Origin: Pseudomonadota bacterium | Lineage (GTDB): Bacteria > Desulfobacterota > Desulfobacteria > Desulfobacterales > RPRI01 | Assembly (NCBI GenBank): GCA_043825875.1 | Contig: JBDRRF010000005.1 | Span: 1 to 64,000, forward strand | Direction of reading: 5' to 3' | Length of the DNA: 64,000 bases | Shown here: one piece after another, positions 35,769-45,324 of the stretch | How positions within the stretch are numbered: the first letter of the stretch is position 1 | Layout of the letters: every line of letters begins with the position of its first letter | Position numbers and translations under genes: made by a program | Notes under the pieces: generated by a model | Database searches by the model: none | What the model saw: only the letters and a program-made list of their open reading frames with translations | What the model was told of the DNA's origin: nothing

Positions 35769-36867
35769 AAAAAAGAAAAAACTGCGAGAAGGTTTTACTA
35801 CCGGAACATGTGCTGCTGCCGCTGCAGGTGCAGCTGTTGAAGCATATTTCGGGAATCCGCCAAATGCCGTTTTAGTGGATTTGCCGGATAATAATGCAAG
35901 TATATCCGTTAATATCAAAGCAATAAAATCCCTGCAAATCAAAGAAGGGATAAATATAGAAGCTATTGTTATAAAAGATGCCGGAGATGATCCTGATATA
36001 ACAAATGGCGCGCAAATCGGCGCGCAAGTTACTATTGTTGAAAGTAAAGTCAATCGGATTACGATAAAAGGCGGGGCAGGGGTGGGAAAAGTAACACGGC
36101 CCGGACTGCCTGTAAATATAGGTGAATCTGCTATTAATCCGGTTCCTTTAGAAATGATAGAACATGAAATTAAAAAGCGCCTGCCACAAGATAAAGCTTT
36201 TGCTGTGGATGTTGTTATTTTTGTTAAAAACGGTGAGATGCTGGCAGGAAAAACCCTTAATCCGAGATTAGGAATTGTGGGGGGGCTTTCTATTTTAGGA
36301 ACACACGGCATTGTTAAGCCTTTTTCTGCCAAAAGCTATCAGGACACAATCGATATATGCTTAAGATCCGCCCGTTATGATAATCAAAAGACTTGTATCT
36401 TATCTACTGGCCGAAAAAGTGAAAAATTGGCGCAGAAGATGTATGTGAATTTTAGTGAAAGATGTTTTGTGCAAACAGCCGATTTTTTCTCATATGCATT
36501 ACAAAAAGCGTCTGATCTGGGATTTGAACATATTATTCTTTCTTGTTTTTTTGGTAAATTATGCAAATGGGCTATGAATATGGCATACACTCATGCAAAA
36601 TCCGGCTTGATAGATTTTAAATATTTATCCAAAGCAGCATTTGAAGCCGGACTTTCAGATGAATTTTGCCGGTTTGTAGAGGGTGCTAATAATTCCAGGC
36701 AAATTTTTGAATCAGCACATAAAGAAGTGCCGCTTTTTGTGGATATAATCGGTGAGATGGCGATTGGAAATGCCTGGGCCACTGTAAACCAAAAACCTAT
36801 GGTCACAATTTGTCTATGGGACTATCAGGAGAAGTTTTATAAAAAATGGGAAATAAAGGTAGTATAA
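35758..36867 (+). CDS. cbiD: Cobalt-precorrin-5B C1-methyltransferase
   Basis: LREGFTTGTCAAAA, KDAGDDPDIT, TLNPRLGIVGGLSILGT. Confidence 0.95.
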   Translation: MNTEKKKKLREGFTTGTCAAAAAGAAVEAYFGNPPNAVLVDLPDNNASISVNIKAIKSLQIKEGINIEAIVIKDAGDDPDITNGAQIGAQVTIVESKVNRITIKGGAGVGKVTRPGLPVNIGESAINPVPLEMIEHEIKKRLPQDKAFAVDVVIFVKNGEMLAGKTLNPRLGIVGGLSILGTHGIVKPFSAKSYQDTIDICLRSARYDNQKTCILSTGRKSEKLAQKMYVNFSERCFVQTADFFSYALQKASDLGFEHIILSCFFGKLCKWAMNMAYTHAKSGLIDFKYLSKAAFEAGLSDEFCRFVEGANNSRQIFESAHKEVPLFVDIIGEMAIGNAWATVNQKPMVTICLWDYQEKFYKKWEIKVV

Positions 36868-38093
36868 CAAATAAAGAGAAGATACGTGTTATTGGTTTGA
36901 ATATAACAGGTGAACCATTGTCTTTAAAGAAACGTCAATATATAAAAAATGCCGATGTGCTGATCGGCGGTAAAAGACAAATTGAACAGGCATTGTTTTT
37001 TAATGGAAAAACCATTTTAATTACCAAAGATATTGACTCTTTAATAGATGAGATTAAACAGTGTATTAAGAAAAATTTAAATATTGTAGTACTTGCAACC
37101 GGAGATCCTTTGCTTTTTGGAATAGGAAATACTTTGATTCAACACTTCGGGATAGATTCTGTAGAAATTTATCCGGGTATATCCGCAGCCCAGGTAGCGC
37201 TTTCAAGGCTTGGCTTAAAAACCGATGAAGCGGTAATCATAAGCAGGCACGGTACGCACACGGATGATTTGCTAAGATTATTGAATCATAACACAGGGGT
37301 TATTTTAACTTCAAATACGTACAGTCCTTATGAGATAATACAAGAGCTTATAACAAGTTCTCCGCAAACAAAGAAATGGACCGGGCATGTGTGTCAATGT
37401 CTGGGAACAAAAGATGAAATTATACAAAGCGGACAACTGCAACAACTATGTTCATTTAATACATTCCGGGTTCCAAATATTCTTGTTGTACAAAACCCTG
37501 ATCCGGCTGCTTCAATTCGGATATCTGCAGAATTTGGCCTTCCCGATGATGCTTATGAACATGATGCAAATATGATCACACACTCTGAGATTCGTGCCAT
37601 AACTCTCTCAAAGCTTAAACTTGGTAATGCCGAAATATTATGGGATGTAGGAGCAGGATCAGGCTCTGTAGGAATTGAATCAGCACTTCTTAACCCGTAT
37701 GCCAGGGTGTTTTGTATTGAAAAAAATACCGAAAGAATAGAAAACATTACAGCCAATGCGAAAAAGCATAAAGTAAATAATATCTTCGTTATTGAGGGGC
37801 AAGCTCTGGAGGAGTGTTTAACTTTGCCCGCACCGGACAGAGTATTTATAGGCGGTGGAGGTGAAGACCTGCCCGATCTGCTGTCTCTTTGTTATCAGCG
37901 CCTTTCAAATGAAGGTATCATGGTTGTTAATACCGTAACCATAGAATCATTTGAAGTTGTCCGTACCTTTTTTAAGCAAATTAATAAAGAGATTGAATGT
38001 ATAAGTATTCAGATTTCCCGCTTACATACAATAGCCAAATATCATACACTTAAACCTGAAAATCCGATAACCCTGTTTGGAATAAAAAAATGA
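36846..38093 (+). CDS. cbiET: Bifunctional cobalt-precorrin-7 C5-methyltransferase / precorrin-6B C15-methyltransferase
   Basis: VLATGDPLLFGIG; ITHSEIRA, WDVGAGSGSVGIE, PDRVFIGG. Confidence 0.92.
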   Translation: MGNKGSITNKEKIRVIGLNITGEPLSLKKRQYIKNADVLIGGKRQIEQALFFNGKTILITKDIDSLIDEIKQCIKKNLNIVVLATGDPLLFGIGNTLIQHFGIDSVEIYPGISAAQVALSRLGLKTDEAVIISRHGTHTDDLLRLLNHNTGVILTSNTYSPYEIIQELITSSPQTKKWTGHVCQCLGTKDEIIQSGQLQQLCSFNTFRVPNILVVQNPDPAASIRISAEFGLPDDAYEHDANMITHSEIRAITLSKLKLGNAEILWDVGAGSGSVGIESALLNPYARVFCIEKNTERIENITANAKKHKVNNIFVIEGQALEECLTLPAPDRVFIGGGGEDLPDLLSLCYQRLSNEGIMVVNTVTIESFEVVRTFFKQINKEIECISIQISRLHTIAKYHTLKPENPITLFGIKK

Positions 38094-38809
38094 AAAATGA
38101 GAAGCAAAGAAATTTATATTTTGTCGGTTTAGGCCCTGGTGATCCGGAGCTTTTAACAGTAAAATCCATCCGCTTGATTAAAGAATGTGATGTTTTGTTT
38201 GTTCCGGTTCGCAAAATAAATTCAACCGAATCCATGGCATTAAATATTATCTCAGATAGCATTGATTTGAAAAACAAACGGATAGTTTTTCTTCATTTTC
38301 CAATGGTAAAAGGAGCGCAAAATATACTTGATGCAATGGAGCCGGCCGCACAATCCGTTCAGGAGCAGTTGAAGGAAAACGAATCCGGTGTATTTATCAC
38401 ACTGGGATGTTCAACCATATATTCAACAGCCGGAAATCTTTTTTTGGTACTTTGTGACAAAGATATTTCAATGCATTTTGTTCCGGGTGTGAGTTCCATA
38501 AGCGGTAGTGCGGCTTCATCCGGGATTCCGCTTGTATATTCGGAAGAAAAACTGGCCATATTGCCGGCAACGTATTCAATGGATCAGATTGAATCATGCC
38601 TGGATGTTTTTGAAACGGTAGTACTTATGAAAGCGCATTCCAGCATGGATATGATTTTGGAATTGGTAGCAAAAAAAGGTTTGCTTAAATCATCGTTTGT
38701 TGTGGAAAAAGCCACCAGCAATGAAGAAAAAGTACGTTTTATGTCCGATATCTGTGCAGGATATCGACCTCATTATATGAGCACAGTAATTATTAAGAAA
38801 AATATATAA
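38090..38809 (+). CDS. cbiL: Cobalt-precorrin-2 C20-methyltransferase
   Basis: VGLGPGDPELLTVK, FPM, ITLGCSTIYST, VLMK. Confidence 0.88.
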   Translation: MKNEKQRNLYFVGLGPGDPELLTVKSIRLIKECDVLFVPVRKINSTESMALNIISDSIDLKNKRIVFLHFPMVKGAQNILDAMEPAAQSVQEQLKENESGVFITLGCSTIYSTAGNLFLVLCDKDISMHFVPGVSSISGSAASSGIPLVYSEEKLAILPATYSMDQIESCLDVFETVVLMKAHSSMDMILELVAKKGLLKSSFVVEKATSNEEKVRFMSDICAGYRPHYMSTVIIKKNI

Positions 38810-38824
38810 GGAGAAAAATGTTTT

Positions 38825-39577
38825 ATGGCTATTGTTAGCTTTATCGGCGCAGGACCTGGAGATCCTGAACTCATTACTTTAAAGGCGGTTAAGCGGATCA
38901 AATCGGCAGGTATAATAATATATGCCGGGTCTCTGGTTCCAAAAAGCGTATTTCTCCCTCATACGAATTTGCCGGAAAAAAATATTATCAGCTCTGCCGA
39001 TCTGACTCTTGAAGAAACTCATCAACTTATGGTTCAAGCGATTGAAAAAGGCGAAAACGTGGCAAGGATTCATACCGGTGATTCTTCTATTTATGGCGCA
39101 ATTTATGAGCAGATGGCGCTTTTAGATACACAAGGAATTGATTATGAAGTAATTCCCGGAATATCTTCGGCTATGGCGGCTGCAGCAGCTCTTAAAACGG
39201 AATTTATGATTCCCGACGGCACACAAACGGTCATGTTTACACGAAGCCAGGGAAAAACACCGGTGCCGGAGCTTGAAGATCTGGAACTGCTTGCCACACA
39301 CCAGTCAACCATGGTTATTTTTTTAAGCGCTCATAAAGCGGATGCGGTTGTTGAAAAATTGAGTAAGCATTATCCTGTAAAGACCCCGGCTGTTATTGCT
39401 TACCGTATTGGCTGGCCTGATGAAATGATCATCAGAACCACAATCAAAGATATTGCATCATGCATAAGCGAAAACCGGATTCATAAACAGGCTCTTATTA
39501 TGGTGGGAGAAGTGTTTGCTGAAAAGAAGAGATTAAATACAAGATCGGTTTTATATGGCAAGGATAAGAATGGATGA
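38825..39577 (+). CDS. cbiF: Cobalt-precorrin-4 C11-methyltransferase
   Basis: FIGAGPGDPELIT, IYAGSLV, RIHTGDSSIYGAIYEQ, GWPDE, RSVLY. Confidence 0.93.
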   Translation: MAIVSFIGAGPGDPELITLKAVKRIKSAGIIIYAGSLVPKSVFLPHTNLPEKNIISSADLTLEETHQLMVQAIEKGENVARIHTGDSSIYGAIYEQMALLDTQGIDYEVIPGISSAMAAAAALKTEFMIPDGTQTVMFTRSQGKTPVPELEDLELLATHQSTMVIFLSAHKADAVVEKLSKHYPVKTPAVIAYRIGWPDEMIIRTTIKDIASCISENRIHKQALIMVGEVFAEKKRLNTRSVLYGKDKNG

Positions 39578-41429
39578 TCGACTAGATAATCAAATAGATA
39601 AGAAAAAAAATGCCGTTTGGACTCTTAATGAAAACGCACTTCGCCTGGCGTTTAAATGTGCTGATATTATAAACGCAAAAGCCCTGTTTACACCATCTGC
39701 CAAAGCAAACGGTTGTCAGGACGTTAGGCTTATCGTATATGATCGTTTTACGCAAAGCATTTTAGAAAATTTTTACGAATATGATGCACATATCTTTATT
39801 ATGGCATCAGGAATTGTGGTACGCGCTATTGCTCCTCTTATAATAGACAAGGCAAGTGATCCGGCAGTATTGGTGATTGATGAAAAAGGCAAACATGTTA
39901 TCAGTCTGGTATCTGGCCATCTTGGCGGAGCCAATGATTTGTCTGTCAGGGTTGCTATTGCTTTGGGTGCAGAGCCGGTCATCACAACAGCAACTGATAT
40001 AAGCGGTATTGTAGCGGTTGACGAAATTGCCCAGAGGATAGGCGCAAAAGTAGAAAATAAGGAAATGATCAAAAAAGTGTCTGGTTCTATGCTAAATAAC
40101 GCTCCGGTTGCGTTAATTTGTGATTATGCTTTGTATGAAACATATTACGGGAAAGCAGACTATAAACCTGATCATTTCAAAAACCCCGATGTTGATGATC
40201 TTGCCGGTTATGCGGCTTTATGCTTTATAACTGAAAAAATTTTTGAAATGGATAAAGAACTTTCGGTAAAATCACTTTTTATTCGACCGCCTAATCTATT
40301 TGTAGGTATTGGGTGCAACAAAAATACATCAAAAAAAGAAATATCAGGTGCAGTATGCGAAGTGTTTGAGCAGCACAGGCTTTCTCCGATTTCTATAGCC
40401 GGTGTTTTTACTATTGATAAGAAAAAAGATGAAGCAGGTTTACTGGAATACGTTCAAGCCATTGGTTTAAAACTGCAATATTATAATGCCGAAACACTGG
40501 ATGATATAGATGTAGATGGCATGTCGGCTCCTTCCTTGTACGCACAAAAATATGTTAAAGCAAAAGGTGTGGCTGAACCTGCGGCGCTTCTTGGTGCAGG
40601 TCCGGGATCTCAATTGATTGTGGCAAAGCAGAAAAAAGGAAATGTTACAGTGGCAGTTGCAAGAAAAAAAAGCGGTTATTTGCCAAAAACTAAAGGAAAG
40701 CTTTTTGTTTTGGGTATAGGCCCCGGTGATCTGGATTATATGACGGAGCATGTAAGGCGTGTTCTTAAAAGCAGTGATGTAATAGCCGGGTATGGTAAAT
40801 ATATCGAGTTGGTAGAGTCTGTTATAAATGGAAAAGAGATTATATCAACAGGCATGACAAAAGAAACCGAACGGGTGGATAAAGCAATACAGGCAGCCGC
40901 CGAAGGAAAAACCGTTTCGCTGATATGCTCAGGAGATGCCGGTATATACGGAATGGCCGGTCTGGTATATGAACGAATGCTTAATGCCGGTTTAGAGGTT
41001 GATATAGAAGTATCGCCCGGTGTAACAGCTGCCGCAGCAGCAGCATCTCTTTTAGGTGCGCCTTTAACAAATGATTTTATCACAATCAGTCTTTCGGATT
41101 TATTGACACCAACAGAAACTGTTATAAAACGGATAGAAATAGCCGCTGAATCGGATATGGTAACGGCCGTCTATAACCCTGTAAGCAAAAGGCGAAAAGA
41201 ACTTATCAGCAAGTTGCAGTCCGAATTTATTAAATACAGAGATAAAAAAACTCCGGTTGGAGTTGTTACCCATGCATTGAGAAATGGCCAGAAAAAAGAA
41301 ATACGTACTCTTAATGATTTTCTTGATTGTGATATGAATATGAATTCTGTTATTATTATCGGAAACAGCGATACGGTAGTTATTAACGGCCATATGGTCA
41401 CGAAGCGTGGTTATGAGCGAAAGACATAA
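39570..41429 (+). CDS. cbiGH: CbiG-CbiH fusion (cobalt-precorrin-5A hydrolase / precorrin-3B C17-methyltransferase)
   Basis: DPAVLVIDE, SGHLGGAN, ITTATD, GVAEPAA; then GIGPG, SGDAGIYGMAG, ISLSDLLTP, TKRGY. Confidence 0.92.
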   Translation: MDDRLDNQIDKKKNAVWTLNENALRLAFKCADIINAKALFTPSAKANGCQDVRLIVYDRFTQSILENFYEYDAHIFIMASGIVVRAIAPLIIDKASDPAVLVIDEKGKHVISLVSGHLGGANDLSVRVAIALGAEPVITTATDISGIVAVDEIAQRIGAKVENKEMIKKVSGSMLNNAPVALICDYALYETYYGKADYKPDHFKNPDVDDLAGYAALCFITEKIFEMDKELSVKSLFIRPPNLFVGIGCNKNTSKKEISGAVCEVFEQHRLSPISIAGVFTIDKKKDEAGLLEYVQAIGLKLQYYNAETLDDIDVDGMSAPSLYAQKYVKAKGVAEPAALLGAGPGSQLIVAKQKKGNVTVAVARKKSGYLPKTKGKLFVLGIGPGDLDYMTEHVRRVLKSSDVIAGYGKYIELVESVINGKEIISTGMTKETERVDKAIQAAAEGKTVSLICSGDAGIYGMAGLVYERMLNAGLEVDIEVSPGVTAAAAAASLLGAPLTNDFITISLSDLLTPTETVIKRIEIAAESDMVTAVYNPVSKRRKELISKLQSEFIKYRDKKTPVGVVTHALRNGQKKEIRTLNDFLDCDMNMNSVIIIGNSDTVVINGHMVTKRGYERKT

Positions 41430-41434
41430 ATATA

Positions 41435-42769
41435 ATGAAAACAAAAGCAGTGCTTATAGCAGGTGCTTCCAGCGGATCGGGTAAAACCACGCTCACTTTG
41501 GGCCTGATGGCTGCACTTAAGAAAATGGGGCTTGATGTTTGTGGATTTAAGAGCGGGCCTGATTATATTGATTCCAGCCTTCATAAAATAGTTACAGGCA
41601 AGCCTTCTATCAATCTTGATACATGGATGATGCCTAAAGATTATTTAGAGCGTTCCTTCCAATCCCGTGCAGCAAAAGCGGACATTTCCGTAATTGAAGG
41701 AGTTATGGGTATCCATGACGGAAGGCTTCCGGATTCATCCCAGGGTTCTACAGCTGAACTGGCAGCATGGCTTAAAGTTCCGGTAGTGCTTGTTGTTAAT
41801 GCAAACTCAATAGCCCGGACTGTGGCAGCCATAGTAAACGGTCTTGTTGATTTCGATCCAAAAGTCAATATTATTGGTGTTGTGTTTAACAATGTGGGCA
41901 GTTTAAAGCATTATGAAATATTGGGAAAAGCTGTAAGTACATATTGCAGTGTTCCGGCACTTGGTTGTATTCCCAAAAATAATGATATTGATATTCCCTC
42001 AAGGCATTTAGGCCTTTACATGGGAGAAGACGGAATTCTTGATAATTCTAAAATAAAAATCCTTGCAGATACTGTTTCAAAAAATGTGGATATTGAAAAA
42101 ATACTTTTACTTTCCGAAATGGATATAAAACATACGGATTTGTTTTTATCCTCATCTGATCAATTATCCGAAGATAAACCCAAGCGCATAGCCATTGCCA
42201 GAGACAAAGCCTTTTGCTTCTATTATGAAGATAATTTTGAGATCCTCAAACATCTTGGTTATGAAATCGTTTTTTTCAGCCCAATAGATGATAATAGCTT
42301 GCCAGAGGATGTGGATGCCTATTATTTCGGTGGTGGATATCCTGAACTCTATGCGGAGGCTTTGTCAAAAAATGAGAGCATGCGAGAGGCTGTGGCTGAA
42401 CAAAGCCAAAAAGGCGCTTTCATATATGGAGAATGTGGCGGCCTTATGTATCTGGGTGATTATTTAACTACAGTTGAAGGCCAATCATATCCCATGTGCG
42501 GATGCCTTCCATATAGTACGATCATGAAATCAGGCCTTCAGTCGCTTGGATATACCGAAGTATTGCCTTTAAAGGATTTTCTTTTTTTAAAACAAAATAC
42601 TCCGGTACGCGGTCACTGTTTTCACTATTCACAAATGATAAGAGACGATAAAAACCGGATGGAAAAGTTTTATTCAGGGCATCCGGCAGATAAAGCACAA
42701 GGATTTCGCATAAGAAATACTTTGGCATCATATGTACATTTACATTTTTCTTCTTTAATCAAGAAATAA
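41435..42769 (+). CDS. cbiA: Cobyrinate a,c-diamide synthase
   Basis: SGSGKTT, KSGPDYID, IEGVMG, SRHLGL, GGGYPEL, GECGG, YVHLHF. Confidence 0.94.
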   Translation: MKTKAVLIAGASSGSGKTTLTLGLMAALKKMGLDVCGFKSGPDYIDSSLHKIVTGKPSINLDTWMMPKDYLERSFQSRAAKADISVIEGVMGIHDGRLPDSSQGSTAELAAWLKVPVVLVVNANSIARTVAAIVNGLVDFDPKVNIIGVVFNNVGSLKHYEILGKAVSTYCSVPALGCIPKNNDIDIPSRHLGLYMGEDGILDNSKIKILADTVSKNVDIEKILLLSEMDIKHTDLFLSSSDQLSEDKPKRIAIARDKAFCFYYEDNFEILKHLGYEIVFFSPIDDNSLPEDVDAYYFGGGYPELYAEALSKNESMREAVAEQSQKGAFIYGECGGLMYLGDYLTTVEGQSYPMCGCLPYSTIMKSGLQSLGYTEVLPLKDFLFLKQNTPVRGHCFHYSQMIRDDKNRMEKFYSGHPADKAQGFRIRNTLASYVHLHFSSLIKK

Positions 42770-42989
42770 AAGTGTCATACTGGATTGAATGAAACCAGCT
42801 TATTTGCCTGCATAAAAAAATCCCACAGAAATTTAAAGGTATGCCGAAGTTTGGATTCCTATTTTACACATAACGCACCTTCATCTGTTTTTTCCTTTGT
42901 TAATTCTCGTTTTTTTGCTATAGTCATATACATTCTATTTTTCGAAATGGTTGCTTGAATGAATCTAACTTGAAATACATTGATATGCT

Positions 42990-43328
42990 ATGAAAAGGGT
43001 TCTGCCTAATTGTAAGAAGGCTTATGTTCCAGAAGAGAAACTGAGCAATTATCTATTGTCTGAAACACATGCTATTGGAAAGGCAAAAGCGAGATATTTT
43101 CAATCGATAGGCTATACATTAAAAAATTCTGCTAAATTGGTAGATGCATTAATAATGATTGCAAATTCCGAAAGCGTGAGCCAAGAAATAACCACTGTTT
43201 TTGGAACAAAGTATATTATTGATGGAAAACTTGATACGCCTATTGGAACAACGGTACAGTTACGCACTGTTTGGGTAATAGATGCAAAAGATGACCGGCC
43301 TCGATTTATTACGGCATATCCAGCGTGA
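42990..43328 (+). CDS. Small hypothetical protein (DUF6883-like, possible toxin)
   Basis: EKLSNYLL...H..GKAKA.YF...FGTKY...TVW...PRFITAYP pattern; family recalled from memory. Confidence 0.65.
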   Translation: MKRVLPNCKKAYVPEEKLSNYLLSETHAIGKAKARYFQSIGYTLKNSAKLVDALIMIANSESVSQEITTVFGTKYIIDGKLDTPIGTTVQLRTVWVIDAKDDRPRFITAYPA

Positions 43329-43355
43329 AAAGTCGATCTATAAAAGGAGCAAGAA

Positions 43356-43586
43356 ATGATAAAAGAACTGGACACAGTCGTTTTGACTCAGGATCTTCCT
43401 GAGCACAGCCTCAAAAAGGGAGACATTGGTGCTGTTGTACATTCTTACGAAGACAGCAAAGCCTTTGAAGTGGAATTTATAACTGGACAAGGGAATACTG
43501 TAGCTGTGCTTACTCTTAAAGCTGAAAATGTTCGTTTGATGCAAGGTAAAGAAATACTGCATGTTCGGAAGCTACAGGCTGCTTAA
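43356..43586 (+). CDS. DUF4926-like small protein (possible antitoxin/immunity)
   Basis: IKELDTVVLTQDLPEHSLKKGDIGAVVH...FEVEF; AAGGAG ribosome-binding site. Confidence 0.75.
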   Translation: MIKELDTVVLTQDLPEHSLKKGDIGAVVHSYEDSKAFEVEFITGQGNTVAVLTLKAENVRLMQGKEILHVRKLQAA

Positions 43587-43748
43587 TCTCGAAAGATTGA
43601 AGCAATCATAAGAGGTCATACTCGCTTTTTGTCATTTGCCACACCTTTCACTTCGTCCTTTCAAAAAGATAAAGAAAACTGCCTGTTGCAAATTATTCTT
43701 CTTTGCTAATATATAATTTTGTGTTATAGAAAAATAAATTCTGTACTT

Positions 43749-43867
43749 TTGAACCGCACAGCGAACGCAATCCCCGTTGCTAACAGCGGGATTAGCGAGC
43801 GAATCTGAAATTGAGTTAAAATCCTTACGGATGAAGATTCCCTGTTACTTATAGCGGGGAGCTTCAA
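43749..43867. mobile_element. Miniature two-hairpin element (IS200/IS605-derived, PATE-like)
   Basis: TTGAA...TTCAA ends; sub-terminal hairpins CCCGTTG-CTAA-CAGCGGG and TTCCCTGTTA-CTTA-TAGCGGGGAG. Confidence 0.55.
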
Positions 43868-43922
43868 ATAAGTCATTTGTAAAAATGTTGGGCATCAATA
43901 TTATGAATAGACAATAAGGCAT

Positions 43923-45248
43923 ATGGCTTCAATTAATATTGAAACAGTTCGTGAACAGTACCCCGGCATGACAGACGCCCAAGCAGCTTCACATATTGCT
44001 GAAGATGGCGATTTCGTCATCGTGGTTCGTTACAAGACAGAGTCCGAAGGCCCGTATACAAATTTAGGGCTCTGCTCGACCTACGCTGAGGCAGACAATT
44101 ATCTATTCAATGAAAAATTACATGATGTGGATGTAATTTGCGACCGGCGAAACACCTCAATACCAATTCCTAAGATACTTCATAATGCTCATGCCATTGC
44201 AAGAAATATCAAATTTGATAACAATGGCCGTGCTAACGAACCATGCTGTTGGAACTGCCGACACTTTAACATTCCTCTTTCCGGCAATTATTTATGCTGC
44301 ATGGACCAAGCAGGCAAGGGCGTTGTGGAAATACAGCGTGGAGATTTGTGCGATTATTGGGTTGCCCGGGATTCCTCTTCACTCTTGAATAACGACGCTT
44401 CAATTCAGAACATTAAACCGGCACCCGAGGAGAGTTCAAACGTTTTTCTTTACGGCGTAATCGGTACGTCGATTATCGGTCTGACTATTTTCGTTATCGT
44501 ACGTTATGGAGAGGGATGGGCAAAATCTTTGGAGAGAGTATTTGGTATCGCCGATGGCTTCTGGATCGGGCTTTTCATCTTCTTGGGTATTATATTCGTG
44601 AGCGTTGCACTTCTTTGTATTGCTATCATCGCTTCAAAATTTGAACACGATAGCCGGAAACATCATCAGTACTCCGATGGCGACAGCGGTACTCAGAATC
44701 TGAAGAATACCTTTAAAAGCAGCAAGATCCAGCGCATGCTGGATTTATTGCAATCAGCAGATGGCAACGCAAGTCTGGCCATTGACAACAGAGCACTATT
44801 TGGAGAATGCGAAACATGGGAGTCACTTGCCATGCTTTCTCTGGTCTATGAAAAGGTAGCGACATTGCTACATGAGGCAATGGAGTGGGATGCAAGCACG
44901 GAAACAGCTGCACATAGTTTATGGCGCGCTGCAAATATCGTAGACGGTGTACCGGATCATGAAGAAACTATTTCGATGTGGAGAAAAGTGCCTAAGAAGT
45001 TTGACTCAGTAACAGTAGCAAAAATGATCGCAAAACGCTGGGCGGAGGATGCAAAAGAATTTCTGTCTACCGCAAAGAATTTGCAGGTAACTCCAAATGA
45101 CACAACAGCTGTAGGTGAAGCTCCCAAAAGCAGGGATTTTACAGGCAAGATTCGCAAGTGCGTCAGTTGTGGCGTGGAGATTCCGGAGGGTAGGTTGGAG
45201 TGTCCTTCCTGTGGCTCTAGTTATATTATCTGGGAATCTATAGAATAG
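43923..45248 (+). CDS. Hypothetical membrane protein with a Cys cluster and C-terminal zinc ribbon
   Basis: 441-aa ORF; CCWNCRHF...CC...C, two TM helices, CVSC...CPSC. Confidence 0.7.
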   Translation: MASINIETVREQYPGMTDAQAASHIAEDGDFVIVVRYKTESEGPYTNLGLCSTYAEADNYLFNEKLHDVDVICDRRNTSIPIPKILHNAHAIARNIKFDNNGRANEPCCWNCRHFNIPLSGNYLCCMDQAGKGVVEIQRGDLCDYWVARDSSSLLNNDASIQNIKPAPEESSNVFLYGVIGTSIIGLTIFVIVRYGEGWAKSLERVFGIADGFWIGLFIFLGIIFVSVALLCIAIIASKFEHDSRKHHQYSDGDSGTQNLKNTFKSSKIQRMLDLLQSADGNASLAIDNRALFGECETWESLAMLSLVYEKVATLLHEAMEWDASTETAAHSLWRAANIVDGVPDHEETISMWRKVPKKFDSVTVAKMIAKRWAEDAKEFLSTAKNLQVTPNDTTAVGEAPKSRDFTGKIRKCVSCGVEIPEGRLECPSCGSSYIIWESIE

Positions 45249-45324
45249 CGGATCAATGGATACGCTGTAAGGTGACCCCCATTTTCTCCCAGATATACTA
45301 TTTTGTCTTTATCCAGAAAATATT

